From: a virus
Lineage: Duplodnaviria; Caudoviricetes
Direction: 5' to 3' (one strand)
DNA length: 47,590 bases
Virus record (IMG/VR): IMGVR_UViG_3300027563_000011
Location: 1-47,590 of that record
Shown here: piece by piece, positions 15,401 through 22,900 of the stretch
How the letters are laid out: the number at the start of each line of letters is the position of its first letter
Numbering within the stretch: position 1 is the first letter of the stretch
Notes under the pieces: model-generated
The model's database searches: none
Seen by the model: only the letters and a program-made list of their open reading frames with translations
What the model was told of the DNA's origin: nothing
Program-made: the position numbers and the translations under genes

Positions 15401-17130
15401 TGATTTTGATTAAAAGATCTATTTACTGATTCGATACCTTCTTCTGTTGTTCGCCAACTTGGATAATCAAATTGATAGCCCCAAGTTCCGTCTGGAGCTT
15501 GAAAAACTTTTACACCTAACGAAGTAGGTATAGCTTCTGCACCTTTTTGAGTAGGCTTGGGCTTAACGGTTTTGATAGGAGCGACGGCTTGGGCTTGAGG
15601 CATTTCTGCTTCTGGAGCTGTTGCTTGGGTGGTTGCTGTTTCTTGGACTGGAATTTCCGAAGGTTTTTTTGTTTCATTCTTTTCGGCCTTAAATTCATAG
15701 TCGCCTGTTTCGGGATTAAGCAACCATTGCTTGGGCAAAACAAAACCAAACCTTTCAATATCTTCCCCTCGAACTGGTTGCCGAGATCTGATCCGACCCC
15801 ATACCTTTGCGGCCTCGAGACTATTCTGTGCGTCCATCGGTGCGGGTGTTGCTGGTTCTTCGCTATCAAACACTTTAGCGGCCTCCGCTTTGTTCATATC
15901 CAGATCGAGCTGATCCAGATCTTGGTTTGCAGATGTCGCCCTTGCTTGAGCTACCGCTGCGGCTGTCTGAGGAGCCCCAGACCTTGCGAGGTTCTCAACC
16001 TCTGAGATAGTCCCATCAGCCTGCATTTTTTCCGCAAGTTCTCTTGCCCGCATATCAGCAATTGGGTCTTGGCTCAACTTGTCCGCCACAGCTTTCAAAC
16101 CTTCAGTACCAAACCCACGGGCAAAGCCGTAAGCAGACCCAGGGACTTCGAGAATACCTTCTAATGCAACTTGGTTAGCACTTGTGATCTTGCCCTCAGA
16201 CAAAAGCTGTCCACCAGCTTCACCAGCCACCCCGAGACCAGCTTGCAACGTCGTATCTTTGACTGCTTCTTTCGCAAGCAACTTAACAGTAGGGGTAAAT
16301 CCCTTGGAGACTTTAAGAGATGCCGCAAACTTTCCTCCGAGTGCTTTTGCTAGAACTGCCGAAGCCGCGTCGAACAAGCCAGGTGGGACACCTTTCTTAA
16401 GAGCCTTCTCGTTAACTTTCCCCATCAACTCTTTATTCTCAAAAGCATCTCGAATTTGAGCTGGGTCGTCCAAATCCACCCCACTCTCAGAAAGTTGTTC
16501 TAAGAGGGAGCCTGAGTACTCAAGCATTAACGACTGACCACCAGCACCAGTCGCCATCCCTGCCGTGCCGCCCACAACCGCTCCCCCCGGACCTGCCACC
16601 GCCGCACCTACCGCCGTACCAGCGGCATCAGCAAGTGCTGCTGTTGCAAATTGAGCTGGCAGGTTTTCGATAAGAAGTTCGGCAAGAGCTATTGGGCTTT
16701 TAGTTAACCCCTCCAACACACCTACTTTGTCAGACCCAATCTTTCGAACCATGCTTGAGGACGGATAGCTCTCTAGTTGCTTGTTGATTTCAGCCAGTTT
16801 AACTGAGGCTTCGTTCTTCGGGTCTAGGAAGCCAGAAGCCATAGACGCCACAAGGGCGGCTTGTTCTGTGTTTAAAAGTGAGCGAGCCGCGGCGTTTTTT
16901 AAAACATCCGTTTTGCTTTGTGTGTCAAGAATTCCGTCATACGCTTTTTCAAGATAATCGTTAAGATAGTTCTCGTCTTCTTGAGTTGTCACAAGACCAA
17001 GAGCCATTGACCTATCTACTGTGGCGTCACGCCACTCTTTAAATAGTCCTATCTTTTCTTGGACTGGAAGATCTTTATAGCCTGGGTCGTTTTCGTAGTC
17101 CGTCCATGGCACGAGCGTCTCGTCAGCCAC
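6379..17130 (-). CDS. giant (3583 aa) internal virion/ejection 'polyvalent' protein with sigma-like, metallopeptidase, kinase-like and ADP-ribosyltransferase domains
   Basis: Last of the ejection-type genes; Ala/Gly-rich N-terminal membrane-like segment; HETVH; GGS...VK...NE...D..L.NYD..G...DN...RVDSGG; RTPLFKAWFGDWE...SKILDESGEP..YHGT; C-terminal PWSIKVG..YISY typical of podoviral internal virion proteins. Confidence 0.85.
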   Translation of the reverse strand: MADETLVPWTDYENDPGYKDLPVQEKIGLFKEWRDATVDRSMALGLVTTQEDENYLNDYLEKAYDGILDTQSKTDVLKNAAARSLLNTEQAALVASMASGFLDPKNEASVKLAEINKQLESYPSSSMVRKIGSDKVGVLEGLTKSPIALAELLIENLPAQFATAALADAAGTAVGAAVAGPGGAVVGGTAGMATGAGGQSLMLEYSGSLLEQLSESGVDLDDPAQIRDAFENKELMGKVNEKALKKGVPPGLFDAASAVLAKALGGKFAASLKVSKGFTPTVKLLAKEAVKDTTLQAGLGVAGEAGGQLLSEGKITSANQVALEGILEVPGSAYGFARGFGTEGLKAVADKLSQDPIADMRARELAEKMQADGTISEVENLARSGAPQTAAAVAQARATSANQDLDQLDLDMNKAEAAKVFDSEEPATPAPMDAQNSLEAAKVWGRIRSRQPVRGEDIERFGFVLPKQWLLNPETGDYEFKAEKNETKKPSEIPVQETATTQATAPEAEMPQAQAVAPIKTVKPKPTQKGAEAIPTSLGVKVFQAPDGTWGYQFDYPSWRTTEEGIESVNRSFNQNQGIATKEEALALATEGRKKAMAGTIKEDERVATALEKRGDVQKDDLRKARKYRKAAEEGRKLYEKEYPEVTATKVEAPKVEAPKVEAPKVKEPALPKWEEVQKNKNQIRFLRSTLSKINKALPEGQKIEEKAGWKRGDYLKALETQYGKVAGLEKNIDAVPGMAAEVNPLEAMNSDEKRRAKKKANLRQKLYSVRDSKLNEGQQSWKEMAFSNIRRIAKEVSERYTNIPNVDDYIFDDLLRKTANYLQKKNTFTEEELTSEAISSILASWAEDSAKDARGSADIQALMRNSPILDQTETSDRPARTQMELDEEEQAAGETKQARAESGANEPRASKILRENGYNPAREKLGPDQKLILDWLVHKLSGGPTPSGIETKNLQSYEDLAKFLSELNKKKVSAKAVSKMAKEAQTALAAELNNSGIGVSTDQISMALTPEGEKARARAKEKAEAKEKVKKDKAEAQELADRGRNVTQNQYLAEKLIEFPFSSTPEQRSRLASEVLTPLEEGNLEEASVEQRLENIKKGQPNEPIVKQPEPSKPVSRRRKRTGVREQPSVQQPSGSGDTQSRGTPASVGSTASESETNQNSGSRTRPGRRQPGVGKEQPATAGNVPSLKVDAGFENLDISKAARAALNDLFNTLRAIRFPGELKVGQTDNPVYVLKSDRQGLSIYVSPEALLAQKRQLIRKFGKEEGAKRWVNWQLMAVATHETVHNVHLKQLEKEAGQLGLTFDQHLKNEAKRVARLLNKNRRLKKLVARLYNNDEGKFANDEQQYFEFIRMMVENETVGSVTEDNTITTEELAAFMDDIERKSLSDFIDSIIQAITNIAARLVGVRDNDARYLINTTRLLRQKSLNILRPPMQEKAGNAYVEPKKTESKFEKPPVTPEVENSGLFTARKEFLQEYAKELGIKVPTAKITGVRFNPKTRKSEEFKTYVPTWNKAQYVEAIQAKLKELGQKAKAARSEVIGAAIPTDRPYWMKNDGEVLEVPEEALIDLNAIGTHAETAIEWLNENQPEDPFLLEWRLVDTYSKKEQQEKPVEEMLKRGWLRVVGDGFNLYFEGSPSKTQLDKLLEAAIEDEVKLIQDLTSISGRPRSKVVYAPPQSDVIGAPAMPRRGFLSNQRNGSQKKMNLPDSIDELAFEREVPGGSHPVAIYQDVDGNRFIVKTDQSREQFENEVAAENVYRVLNYPVADSKLIEVDGKPAKIAAYLADGQSLKEFRQTHQNKPELIKKIYDQIADGLLIDAFLFNYDSVGVTKQDNVLIQMAETPNEDGDDTDMIYTTYRVDSGGTFDTKAFEEEPRNEPFYYDSIKVFKQNYPYLNLTTDDLIAQLSDLVLNADAIINAVPQRLQQYMGNRLQYMADQLSAVDIITPVTGVTEKQTEEFFEKLRGQMDAVEVTRNNKGNLINKATGKESMVSGMGSKVVPKSEFRYRLERTPLFKAWFGDWENAPQSRATSKILDESGEPALMYHGTGSYLQRYSDLYKDELTNAIKTPSYLRRLAMNRFKGIWTSTMREWAERWATKNNPEGHFEGQVVIPMYVKSTKPFDPRSPENIDRLLEVVKGQGYTPDPEVEFAFRSGLHDWQIFEGKLDYRKEDGSLTGPRNMPDVDELRKQGVSEETIKKMWGKTYGYPSLKNIIDLGYDGVWLKEGRDAEASLAIDAARRLMADQTDAKLKADYEQALAKYNENSAWNFLAFRRDGVKNAMNSGRFSSIPEPAEMKKSQLAQKLEALITKDGATGRNVLRYKGQTMYSTNSAAALASYAVASDSALNRHNIAKIKFKGQPNTFIFQRRTAPSATSDRAYPVNDILGAAEVRPRRFGVKLEKYVSKDVMGLLKKKNYETLPDSVTLEEAKTYFDKHGLEKSALASLMDDEGEPIQAGAQEALGMLVIKGYREEAKTRPEAAAEMAAFLDQFLEKSTNTARALRAYQFISLLGPEGMEALYYKKARKRDALMRESFKEFIKKAQDKLNPLAQDALEKVLKDLEQVINKATNLSKSNNRKIAAKTTMTLWQQFSDSVAKRMTDSVAERLAELEPQEGEGVVEGEGGAATVAGSPNKPKTINQEATAALRRIKGMIDNLSKEQGKAIKDVEVEGNPENENASNEQIEDLIKLKQKAKTISRMSDLLALWPKALQAWSQIKDSVREEVAANPKLAPIFNDYLKTALDQPFTLPQIKTLLKASDIDLKTLIREHFRKNTMQKQASDLAKLFIEQANLGEVFNKTTEADLLQAQGANTESTSEVGVTPTIAEKLETAIAKRIEELVRTEANKALTNLIKSQADKRLEPSLKRFLDRLVKATSLGLMDKDNINLWSQFAEQEGLTDPKLAEEVYNLAEEAETKPEGYQRNVYYQKAMRAIYEKTEMNKWDFTLTWWYSSILSGYDTQLANLYGNASTAFCVLMPELIHSSLTGNAGAEKRSALLRGIQVGWADFLNIMGTGTSWTKQVQLSISSLKATDTGEVLRERAKGLPQKLGTYSTTVSRFMSAVDSLFYNMNKEYYLYKYAYNKALELGLSPKDASAQALASALRDSNSMKSAQSDAILEGLKPGTKEFKLRTFEILDQQLGQNKTESGESRNVDTQELLNESVLSALTNTFQQEPKGFLGNVIHSLNVLAAKQPETRFVIPFTRIVGNVWNMSLDMGVVPGLIRYYGLPTEKLIGRRLGKWDDVKGAEREMIRGRALAGLLFLTLAAGLQAFGYDKDYEKAWWRINGSGPDDPAAKLALSKTGWKPWSIKVGNAYISYLPTPLAIPLAFLGEITDNHHYKKTGAKALFNTASAVSMRAILVPFDMLFLSGLSDLFKSTDSSQPEQAKARALAFAGRLGSSLLIPNIIRDIDQKIIPKILNVFGVETDMDKRTARNGLMNGIFIANTPVLRELYGKPDVDMLGNKIPITSRIATARKPDPLVDTLASKNAFPNPPRRELLLGMIPMEEDQYYQYKVDRGTMLNQILNTPEMVQQLKESSSFVAQEIVKKVTSSATEYAKNMAVKRMVDSNDERIQKLQSLGEWIQNQEE
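15130..15185 (-). repeat. 15-bp tandem coding repeat (KVEAP)x3-KVKEP
   Basis: Degenerate 15-nt units in a linker of the giant protein. Confidence 0.7.
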
Positions 17131-17132
17131 GA

Positions 17133-18209
17133 TTATGCCTCAACTGAGTTGATACCAGCACTTCCCTTCATCCCAGGCAAAGATCTTAAAGAAGATGGCT
17201 TGCTTGGGACACTTGGGTAAGGCTTGAGTGCTCTCTTGAGCGGGCTTTCTGGAGCCACTCCCGATTTCTTTGTCTTTTCCTCCTGTTTTGGTTTTTGCTC
17301 AGTTTCCTCTTCTTCGGTTTCACTGGGTAGCTTGTCTGATATACCAGCAGTTTGCTTCGCAATCTGAAGTTTCGTTGCTGCCCGATCTCTTTCCTCTTTG
17401 AGTTGTTGCTTAACCGCCGCAGGAATAACTGGATTGGCTGTTGCTTCTCGGTAGCTCTTGCTGGCTTCATTGAACTCAATCGTAGCTGTCTTGAGACCTT
17501 CAATTGTAAGCTCGGTTCCGTATTTGTACCGAGCTTTGATAAGATCTGGGTCACGTTTCTGAACTTCCTTCTCAACCTTGCTGGCCAAAGACGCTGCCAA
17601 CATCTCTTCGTCTTGCGTCAATTGCTCACGACGTAGTAGTTTTCTCCCAATCATTTCAGAAACACCCCTAGCTTCTTCCGTAAAGCCATTGTCTGGGGTT
17701 AGGTACTTCGATCCTTTTAATAATAGAGCACCCCTCTCACTTCGGTCTTTGTATTCGGTGCTTGAGGCCAAAGCCTTGTCCCGGAGCTCTCGGCCAGCCA
17801 TAGCAAGCTTGGCTCGCATCCTTGGCCTAATGTTTTCTGGAGCTTGTTCAATTGCACTCATATCTGGAGACCATTTTTCAATTGCGTCTGGATCCCCGTG
17901 CAAATTGTCCAATTCAGTCGCAAATCCAGCAATTATCGGCGCCGTGCTAGTGTCAGCCTCCCAATCCACAGCTTGGCGATTCCACATTTGCATTTGTGCA
18001 TCTTGGTATTTGCCAGTCATATCGAGACGTTTATTTTCCATCTCGTAATTGCGATCAGCTTGCCGAATTTGTTCGGCATAAGACTTTTCTCGTAGGCTCA
18101 AATCCTTTTGAGCCATATCCTGGCGTTGAGCCATCAAGTAGTTCGAGACAATAGCCTGCGAACCCGTTACTAGGTTATTGAAAACCTGCTGTCCCTGTTC
18201 TGGCGTCAT
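17133..18209 (-). CDS. internal virion/ejection protein
   Basis: Gln-rich helical N-terminus; syntenic between pilot-like gene and giant protein. Confidence 0.65.
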   Translation of the reverse strand: MTPEQGQQVFNNLVTGSQAIVSNYLMAQRQDMAQKDLSLREKSYAEQIRQADRNYEMENKRLDMTGKYQDAQMQMWNRQAVDWEADTSTAPIIAGFATELDNLHGDPDAIEKWSPDMSAIEQAPENIRPRMRAKLAMAGRELRDKALASSTEYKDRSERGALLLKGSKYLTPDNGFTEEARGVSEMIGRKLLRREQLTQDEEMLAASLASKVEKEVQKRDPDLIKARYKYGTELTIEGLKTATIEFNEASKSYREATANPVIPAAVKQQLKEERDRAATKLQIAKQTAGISDKLPSETEEEETEQKPKQEEKTKKSGVAPESPLKRALKPYPSVPSKPSSLRSLPGMKGSAGINSVEA

Positions 18210-19051
18210 GGCGCGTAGAAGTTAGGGAATTGATACCCTTTTCCGTCTGCGCCTCTTGCGACAGCCAGCATATTTCCACTAGCAATCCCGCTACCAGCCA
18301 AGGCCGAGCCCATTCCAAATCCTTGGCCACCACCGAAAGATCCACCAATCTGAGAACCCATCGCCAGCCCCATTGGGATAGACATTCCACCAGTAAATGG
18401 AGCGGCGAGCACTCCAAGACCAGCTCCCAGTACGCTTCCACCAATAGCACTCCAAGGACTCCCGCCGTATTGCTGGTTATATTGGTAGTTTGACAATTGC
18501 TGCTGGTTATATGTGCTCGTCGTTGCGTCGGCTTGGCGGTTCTTAATCTGATTGTTGTACTGAGCTAGGCTAACGTCCTCGGCTCGAATAGCCTGCGGAG
18601 TGAATGCAAGATTCATCGCTTGCAATGGCATCATAGCGTTAGCCTCATTCCTCAAGGCTTGTTGAGCTGCAATACCGCGCCCCTGCAAATCCATAGAGGT
18701 CAGCCCAAAATCTCTGGCTTCAATCCCAGCTCTCTGGCCAGTCCCAGAACCCATCGACAATCCCTTGAACGCTGCGGTTTGTGAAATCTTTTGAGCAACG
18801 TCGGCAGGGATTAAACCATTGGCGTAAGAGTCGGATACTTGCTGAGCTTTAGTTAACCCAGCTTTGTACCCTGGTTGTAACTGCTCAAGAGCGTCGACCT
18901 TTTTTGTGGCAGAAGACGTAAGAACATCTTGGATTGCCCCAAAGTCTTTTTCTTGGCCAATAAACTTTGAAAGAGCAGTGCGCAATTCTGGGAGGGTAAG
19001 CTCCGTGTATTGCGGTGTCTGAAACTCTGGTTTTTTAGGTTTAGAGGCCAT
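18206..19051 (-). CDS. ejection/DNA pilot-like internal virion protein
   Basis: Q/N/Y-rich stretch followed by Gly-rich hydrophobic C-terminus (GSVLGAGLGVLAAPFTGGMS). Confidence 0.65.
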   Translation of the reverse strand: MASKPKKPEFQTPQYTELTLPELRTALSKFIGQEKDFGAIQDVLTSSATKKVDALEQLQPGYKAGLTKAQQVSDSYANGLIPADVAQKISQTAAFKGLSMGSGTGQRAGIEARDFGLTSMDLQGRGIAAQQALRNEANAMMPLQAMNLAFTPQAIRAEDVSLAQYNNQIKNRQADATTSTYNQQQLSNYQYNQQYGGSPWSAIGGSVLGAGLGVLAAPFTGGMSIPMGLAMGSQIGGSFGGGQGFGMGSALAGSGIASGNMLAVARGADGKGYQFPNFYAP

Positions 19052-19054
19052 AGC

Positions 19055-19372
19055 TTAGGCTGCCAGTCTCTCCCATAGCTTTGAGCTATAGGTTCGGCTT
19101 CGGTTGTTGTGTTTCCAACGCTCAAAGATAATTGAGATTGGGTGAAGTTTATCAGAAGCTTCTCGAATCAACTTTTTCCTTGTTTCTTTTGATTCGGCCA
19201 CAAAGAAAAGTACCTCCCAAGTATTGGCCTCAAATGGTTTAAGACCTAACGCGCCATCTTTAGCCACAAAAAGAGCACCATTGCTGTGGGCTTCTTTTAC
19301 CATTTCCGACACGGACAACCCTCTGAAAGGGTTGATGAAACGTGAAATATACTCGGAAATTACGTTTGCCAT
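19055..19372 (-). CDS. small virion-assembly protein, possibly GNAT-like (start revised to ATG 19372)
   Basis: The ORF-track upstream extension is just the alternate frame of a repeat; position before ejection genes resembles T7 gp13/P22 gp14 (inference). Confidence 0.5.
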   Translation of the reverse strand: MANVISEYISRFINPFRGLSVSEMVKEAHSNGALFVAKDGALGLKPFEANTWEVLFFVAESKETRKKLIREASDKLHPISIIFERWKHNNRSRTYSSKLWERLAA

Positions 19373-19392
19373 GTACTCAGACAAGTTTAAGC

Positions 19393-19410
19393 CTGACACG
19401 GAGTTGTCAA
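19393..19410. promoter_or_regulatory. TTGACR-N6-YGTCAA palindrome / -35 element
   Basis: CTGACA-CGGAGT-TGTCAA; on the minus strand TTGACA-N15-TAAACT precedes ATG 19372. Confidence 0.6.
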
Positions 19411-19925
19411 GATTCCTGAATGGCTTCAGGGGTTTCGACAATTTCTGGTTCAGGTGTGGCCTCAGGTTCGGGTGTGGCCTCAGGTTCGGGTGTGGCCTCA
19501 GGTTCTGGTTCTGGTTCAGGTGTGGCCACGGGCTTTGGGTACTTGGCTTTGACCTCCTGGCGCTTTGCTTCCAAAGCATCAGCGGATTCAGACCGACCCT
19601 CAACAACCTTTTCCCATAGAGCCACGTTCAGCTCAGATAAGCTTGGGTATTCCGATGCTCTTTTCTCCGAATAGGAGCGAGTATCTGGGGCGGGTGGCAC
19701 AGCCTCAGTTGTAAGCACTTCGTAGATTTCCCCGTCACGTTCCTCTGTAGACGATGAGGTTACCCTCTCGCCAGCCGGGGGGTATGCTGGGTGATAGGGT
19801 TTAATACCTATGGCTGCCAGCTCCTCCTTTGACCATACTTGGAATATGGTTTGCGGGTACATAGTTTCGTTGATGGTTATTCCTCTTGGGGAGGAAATGA
19901 TTTGGTTGTTGGTTGTTATCCACAT
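19407..19925 (-). CDS. tail-fibre-associated (chaperone/assembly-like) protein (start revised to ATG 19925)
   Basis: AAGGAG RBS; MWIT...YPQTIFQVWSKEELAAIGI and RASEYPSL...VKAKYPKP motifs typical of proteins following LamG/SPRY fibres. Confidence 0.7.
   Translation of the reverse strand: MWITTNNQIISSPRGITINETMYPQTIFQVWSKEELAAIGIKPYHPAYPPAGERVTSSSTEERDGEIYEVLTTEAVPPAPDTRSYSEKRASEYPSLSELNVALWEKVVEGRSESADALEAKRQEVKAKYPKPVATPEPEPEPEATPEPEATPEPEATPEPEIVETPEAIQES
19447..19527 (-). repeat. 18-bp tandem repeat encoding (EATPEP)n
   Basis: GGTTCRGGTGTGGCCTCA x3 plus a partial copy. Confidence 0.9.
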
Positions 19926-19938
19926 ATATGTGTTCTCC

Positions 19939-22900
19939 TTATCTTGCTCTGGCGTATTTGAATGGTGATTCTGCGAAGGCTGCGAAGATGTATGTTGCAT
20001 CGTTGACATTAATATCGACATTGGTAGAGCGAATCTTCCAACCATTGGCAGTAAAGTCTTGTACATACACAGCATTTGATTCATCAAGTATATCCAAGTT
20101 TGCTCGCAATAAGGTCTGCTCGGGGTTGTACGTATCCCGAGCCGCATCGATGATGTTCCAGTTGCCACTTGTGCCAGTACCAGAACGTTTGTACATAATC
20201 CACCTCGGTCTAAACCCGCAGTATACAAACGGACCATCTGGACTTCCGTTGCCAGTGTAAGAACCGAACTTGCTGAAGCCTTCAACTTCGGCGAAGCAGT
20301 AGGCAATCATTAAGTTCCCGCCACCATTCCACGCAGTTGAGTTGCCAACAGTAAAGACCGAGCTTGTTGGCTCAATAGTACTTGAGTTATTTCCCCATGC
20401 CGTGGAAGCCCCAGACGTGCTTGCGGCATTGGTTAAGTTTAAATAGATGTATTGAGAGGCGGTAAGCGAAGAATGGTAGACACCCCAATTATTTCCTAGG
20501 GCTACAGACCTATTTTTTACGATTATGAATGATGGCTTAAGCCCAAGACTATGGCCAACTGATCCAGTTGTTCCGTTCCCAGTATAACTGACAATACTAA
20601 CCCCAGCCTGCGGATTCGCCCTAACTGTGCTGGCTATAGATCCAGATGTGTTAGTTACGCTCGATGAGCCTGCGTCCCAAGCCCAAGCAACGTATGTATT
20701 AAGATTATGGTTAGCTCCCCTTAAGGATCCATCCCCACCAAGCGTAAAACCATTTGTGTTAAATACGGCAAGTGTCCCAACATCTGAATATTCAGATGCT
20801 AATAAGTTCGGCACAAGTCCAGCAGTTGCGCCACGTATTGTATCAAATATATTATGGTTTGTGTTACCTGACCTTGATTTAATCCACACTAAATCTGGCG
20901 AAAACCCAAACCCAGATATCGTGTTACCAGTTGCTGTTCCAGTATAAGTAACTACATCCATCGCCGTGCTCGACTTCTGGATGATCGGTTGAGGTAGTAA
21001 CGTGGTGCAGAGAGGCTTGAAACCAAATGGGGCATCGTAAGCCCAAGGGCGTTGGCCGAAGTTTGCAACCAGTTGATCCCCCAAATAAGTGTTGCAAGCA
21101 AAGTAGTAGGATCGCCCAGAAAGTATAGAATACGTTTCCCCTAATCCAGTATTTGGGTTTCCATTGTTGGCCCAAGACCCATTCCTCCCAAACCACACCT
21201 TGTTGTTGTCCATATCAAGAGCAACCATATAAACGTCGCCAGCAACAGGCGCGCTACCTCCAAAGTTTGTTACGGTTGTGGTGATATTATTGTTTTCTTT
21301 ATATGTCCCGCCACCAACATAAGCGGAGTACCCGTCAGAATATTGGCTGAAATATGGATTTCCGCTGGTTACGATTGACGTGTTTGCAGAACTGATAATT
21401 CCAATTCTGTCTGAAGTTATTGCGGCAGTATTTGTAAACTCGCCGTACCACTTCCCAGAGGACACCGCAACAGAGGATACGCCTAGAGCATTCTTGCCGT
21501 TACCCCCGCCAGTATGGGTTAACCTAAGGTTCCCATCCGTTATAGTGCCTCCAGTATTTCCAAATAATGGATTAAGTGTCGCGTAATTCCCCCTCACCTC
21601 TCCCCCGGTAGGAGTCGGAAGTTTGTTGTAGTCCCGAAGAGGTCGAAAACCAAACGGAGGAGGATAAACGTACTGGCGTTGGCCGAAGTTGACGTGCGAG
21701 ACACCACCTACACTGTTTATTAGTCCTCCTGGCAACCAGTCGGTGGAATATATAGTAGCACCCGACGTTAACTGTAAGATTCCATTATGGTACCAACTCA
21801 CCGTTGAGGCATCTGCGTCTAACGCAACACCAATAACACTCCCATTGCTAAATGGGGTGGCTAGGGTTCCCCCGATGTATCCGTCTTGTCGATAAAAAAG
21901 AAAATTGCCAGAGGACAAATTAAAAGCGTAATTAACATCGCCAATTGTTACGTGATTAATAGTCCCGCCAGTCCCAACTGTTTGGATTGTTACTTCCCAA
22001 TACCATTTACCAGATGCCCTAGGAATTGACTGATTCGAACGCCACCCAGCTCCTGTCCCCGAGGAGGCAATTCTTAAGTTACCATCGGTTAATACTGTAT
22101 TCGCCCCTTTGTTAATTGGGTCGCATGTAGCGTAATCTCCACGAAGTTCCCCACCAGTTTGAATGGCTGGCTTGTTGTAATCTCTAAGTGGACTAAAGCC
22201 AAGCGGTGCACCAAACGCCCACGGACGTTGGCCAAAGTTTACGTCCATTACTCCGTACTGATCTGAATAGCTTAGGATACAAGGTGTAAGACTTCTCCCA
22301 GGTGTACCACCGATTGTTCCACTTGTGATTGGTATATTGTTTCGTCGAAAAACAAACGTGTTCGCATCAAGATCGACCGAAACTGAAAGCACATCCCCCG
22401 CTAGAAAAGCAGTTCCTCCATCCGTGGTGGCTCCAGCAAAGTTCTTGAAAAACCCGCTATCAAAAAGCACCAAGGCGTCGGTTGCTGAACCGGGGTTTGT
22501 TGATGAGTTTGTTACATTTGAAAGGCTAAAACCAAACCCGTTGTAGGTAGTACTGGCAGTTCTTCCTGGATATGGAGCATTAGCAAGAGTAACTTCATAA
22601 TACCATTTTCCAGCAGACATGCTCATCGTGCTGTTTGTTCTTCTCCAGTCACCCGGACCGGCATACCGTAGATTTCCATTCGTAAAGGTACCGCTTGTTA
22701 TTGAAAGAGGATCTAGCGTGCAGTAGTCACCCCTCAACTCCCCACCAGTTTGGACGGGTGGTTTGTTGAAATCTCGCAACGCTTTGAAGCCAGTTGGAGC
22801 GGCGTATCTGAAAGCACGTTGGCCGAAGTTGGCTGTATAAGAACAAGTCCCAGCATTGCTAGAATCTGAAACAGAAATTAGGTATGTTCCAGATAATCCG

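Noticed and set aside
6824-16459. Many short overlapping ORFs within the giant gene
   Set aside because: No RBS, motifs or coupling; expected by chance in a 10.7-kb ORF
19447-19527. Possible CRISPR-like mini-array
   Set aside because: Repeats are contiguous with no spacers and are in-frame coding
19373-19606. N-terminal extension with (PHPNLR) repeats on ORF 19055..19606
   Set aside because: Alternate-frame reading of the 18-bp repeat in the upstream gene; true start is probably 19372
19926-20306. Extended start of ORF 19407..20306
   Set aside because: Overlaps the fibre gene; a clear AAGGAG RBS supports ATG 19925
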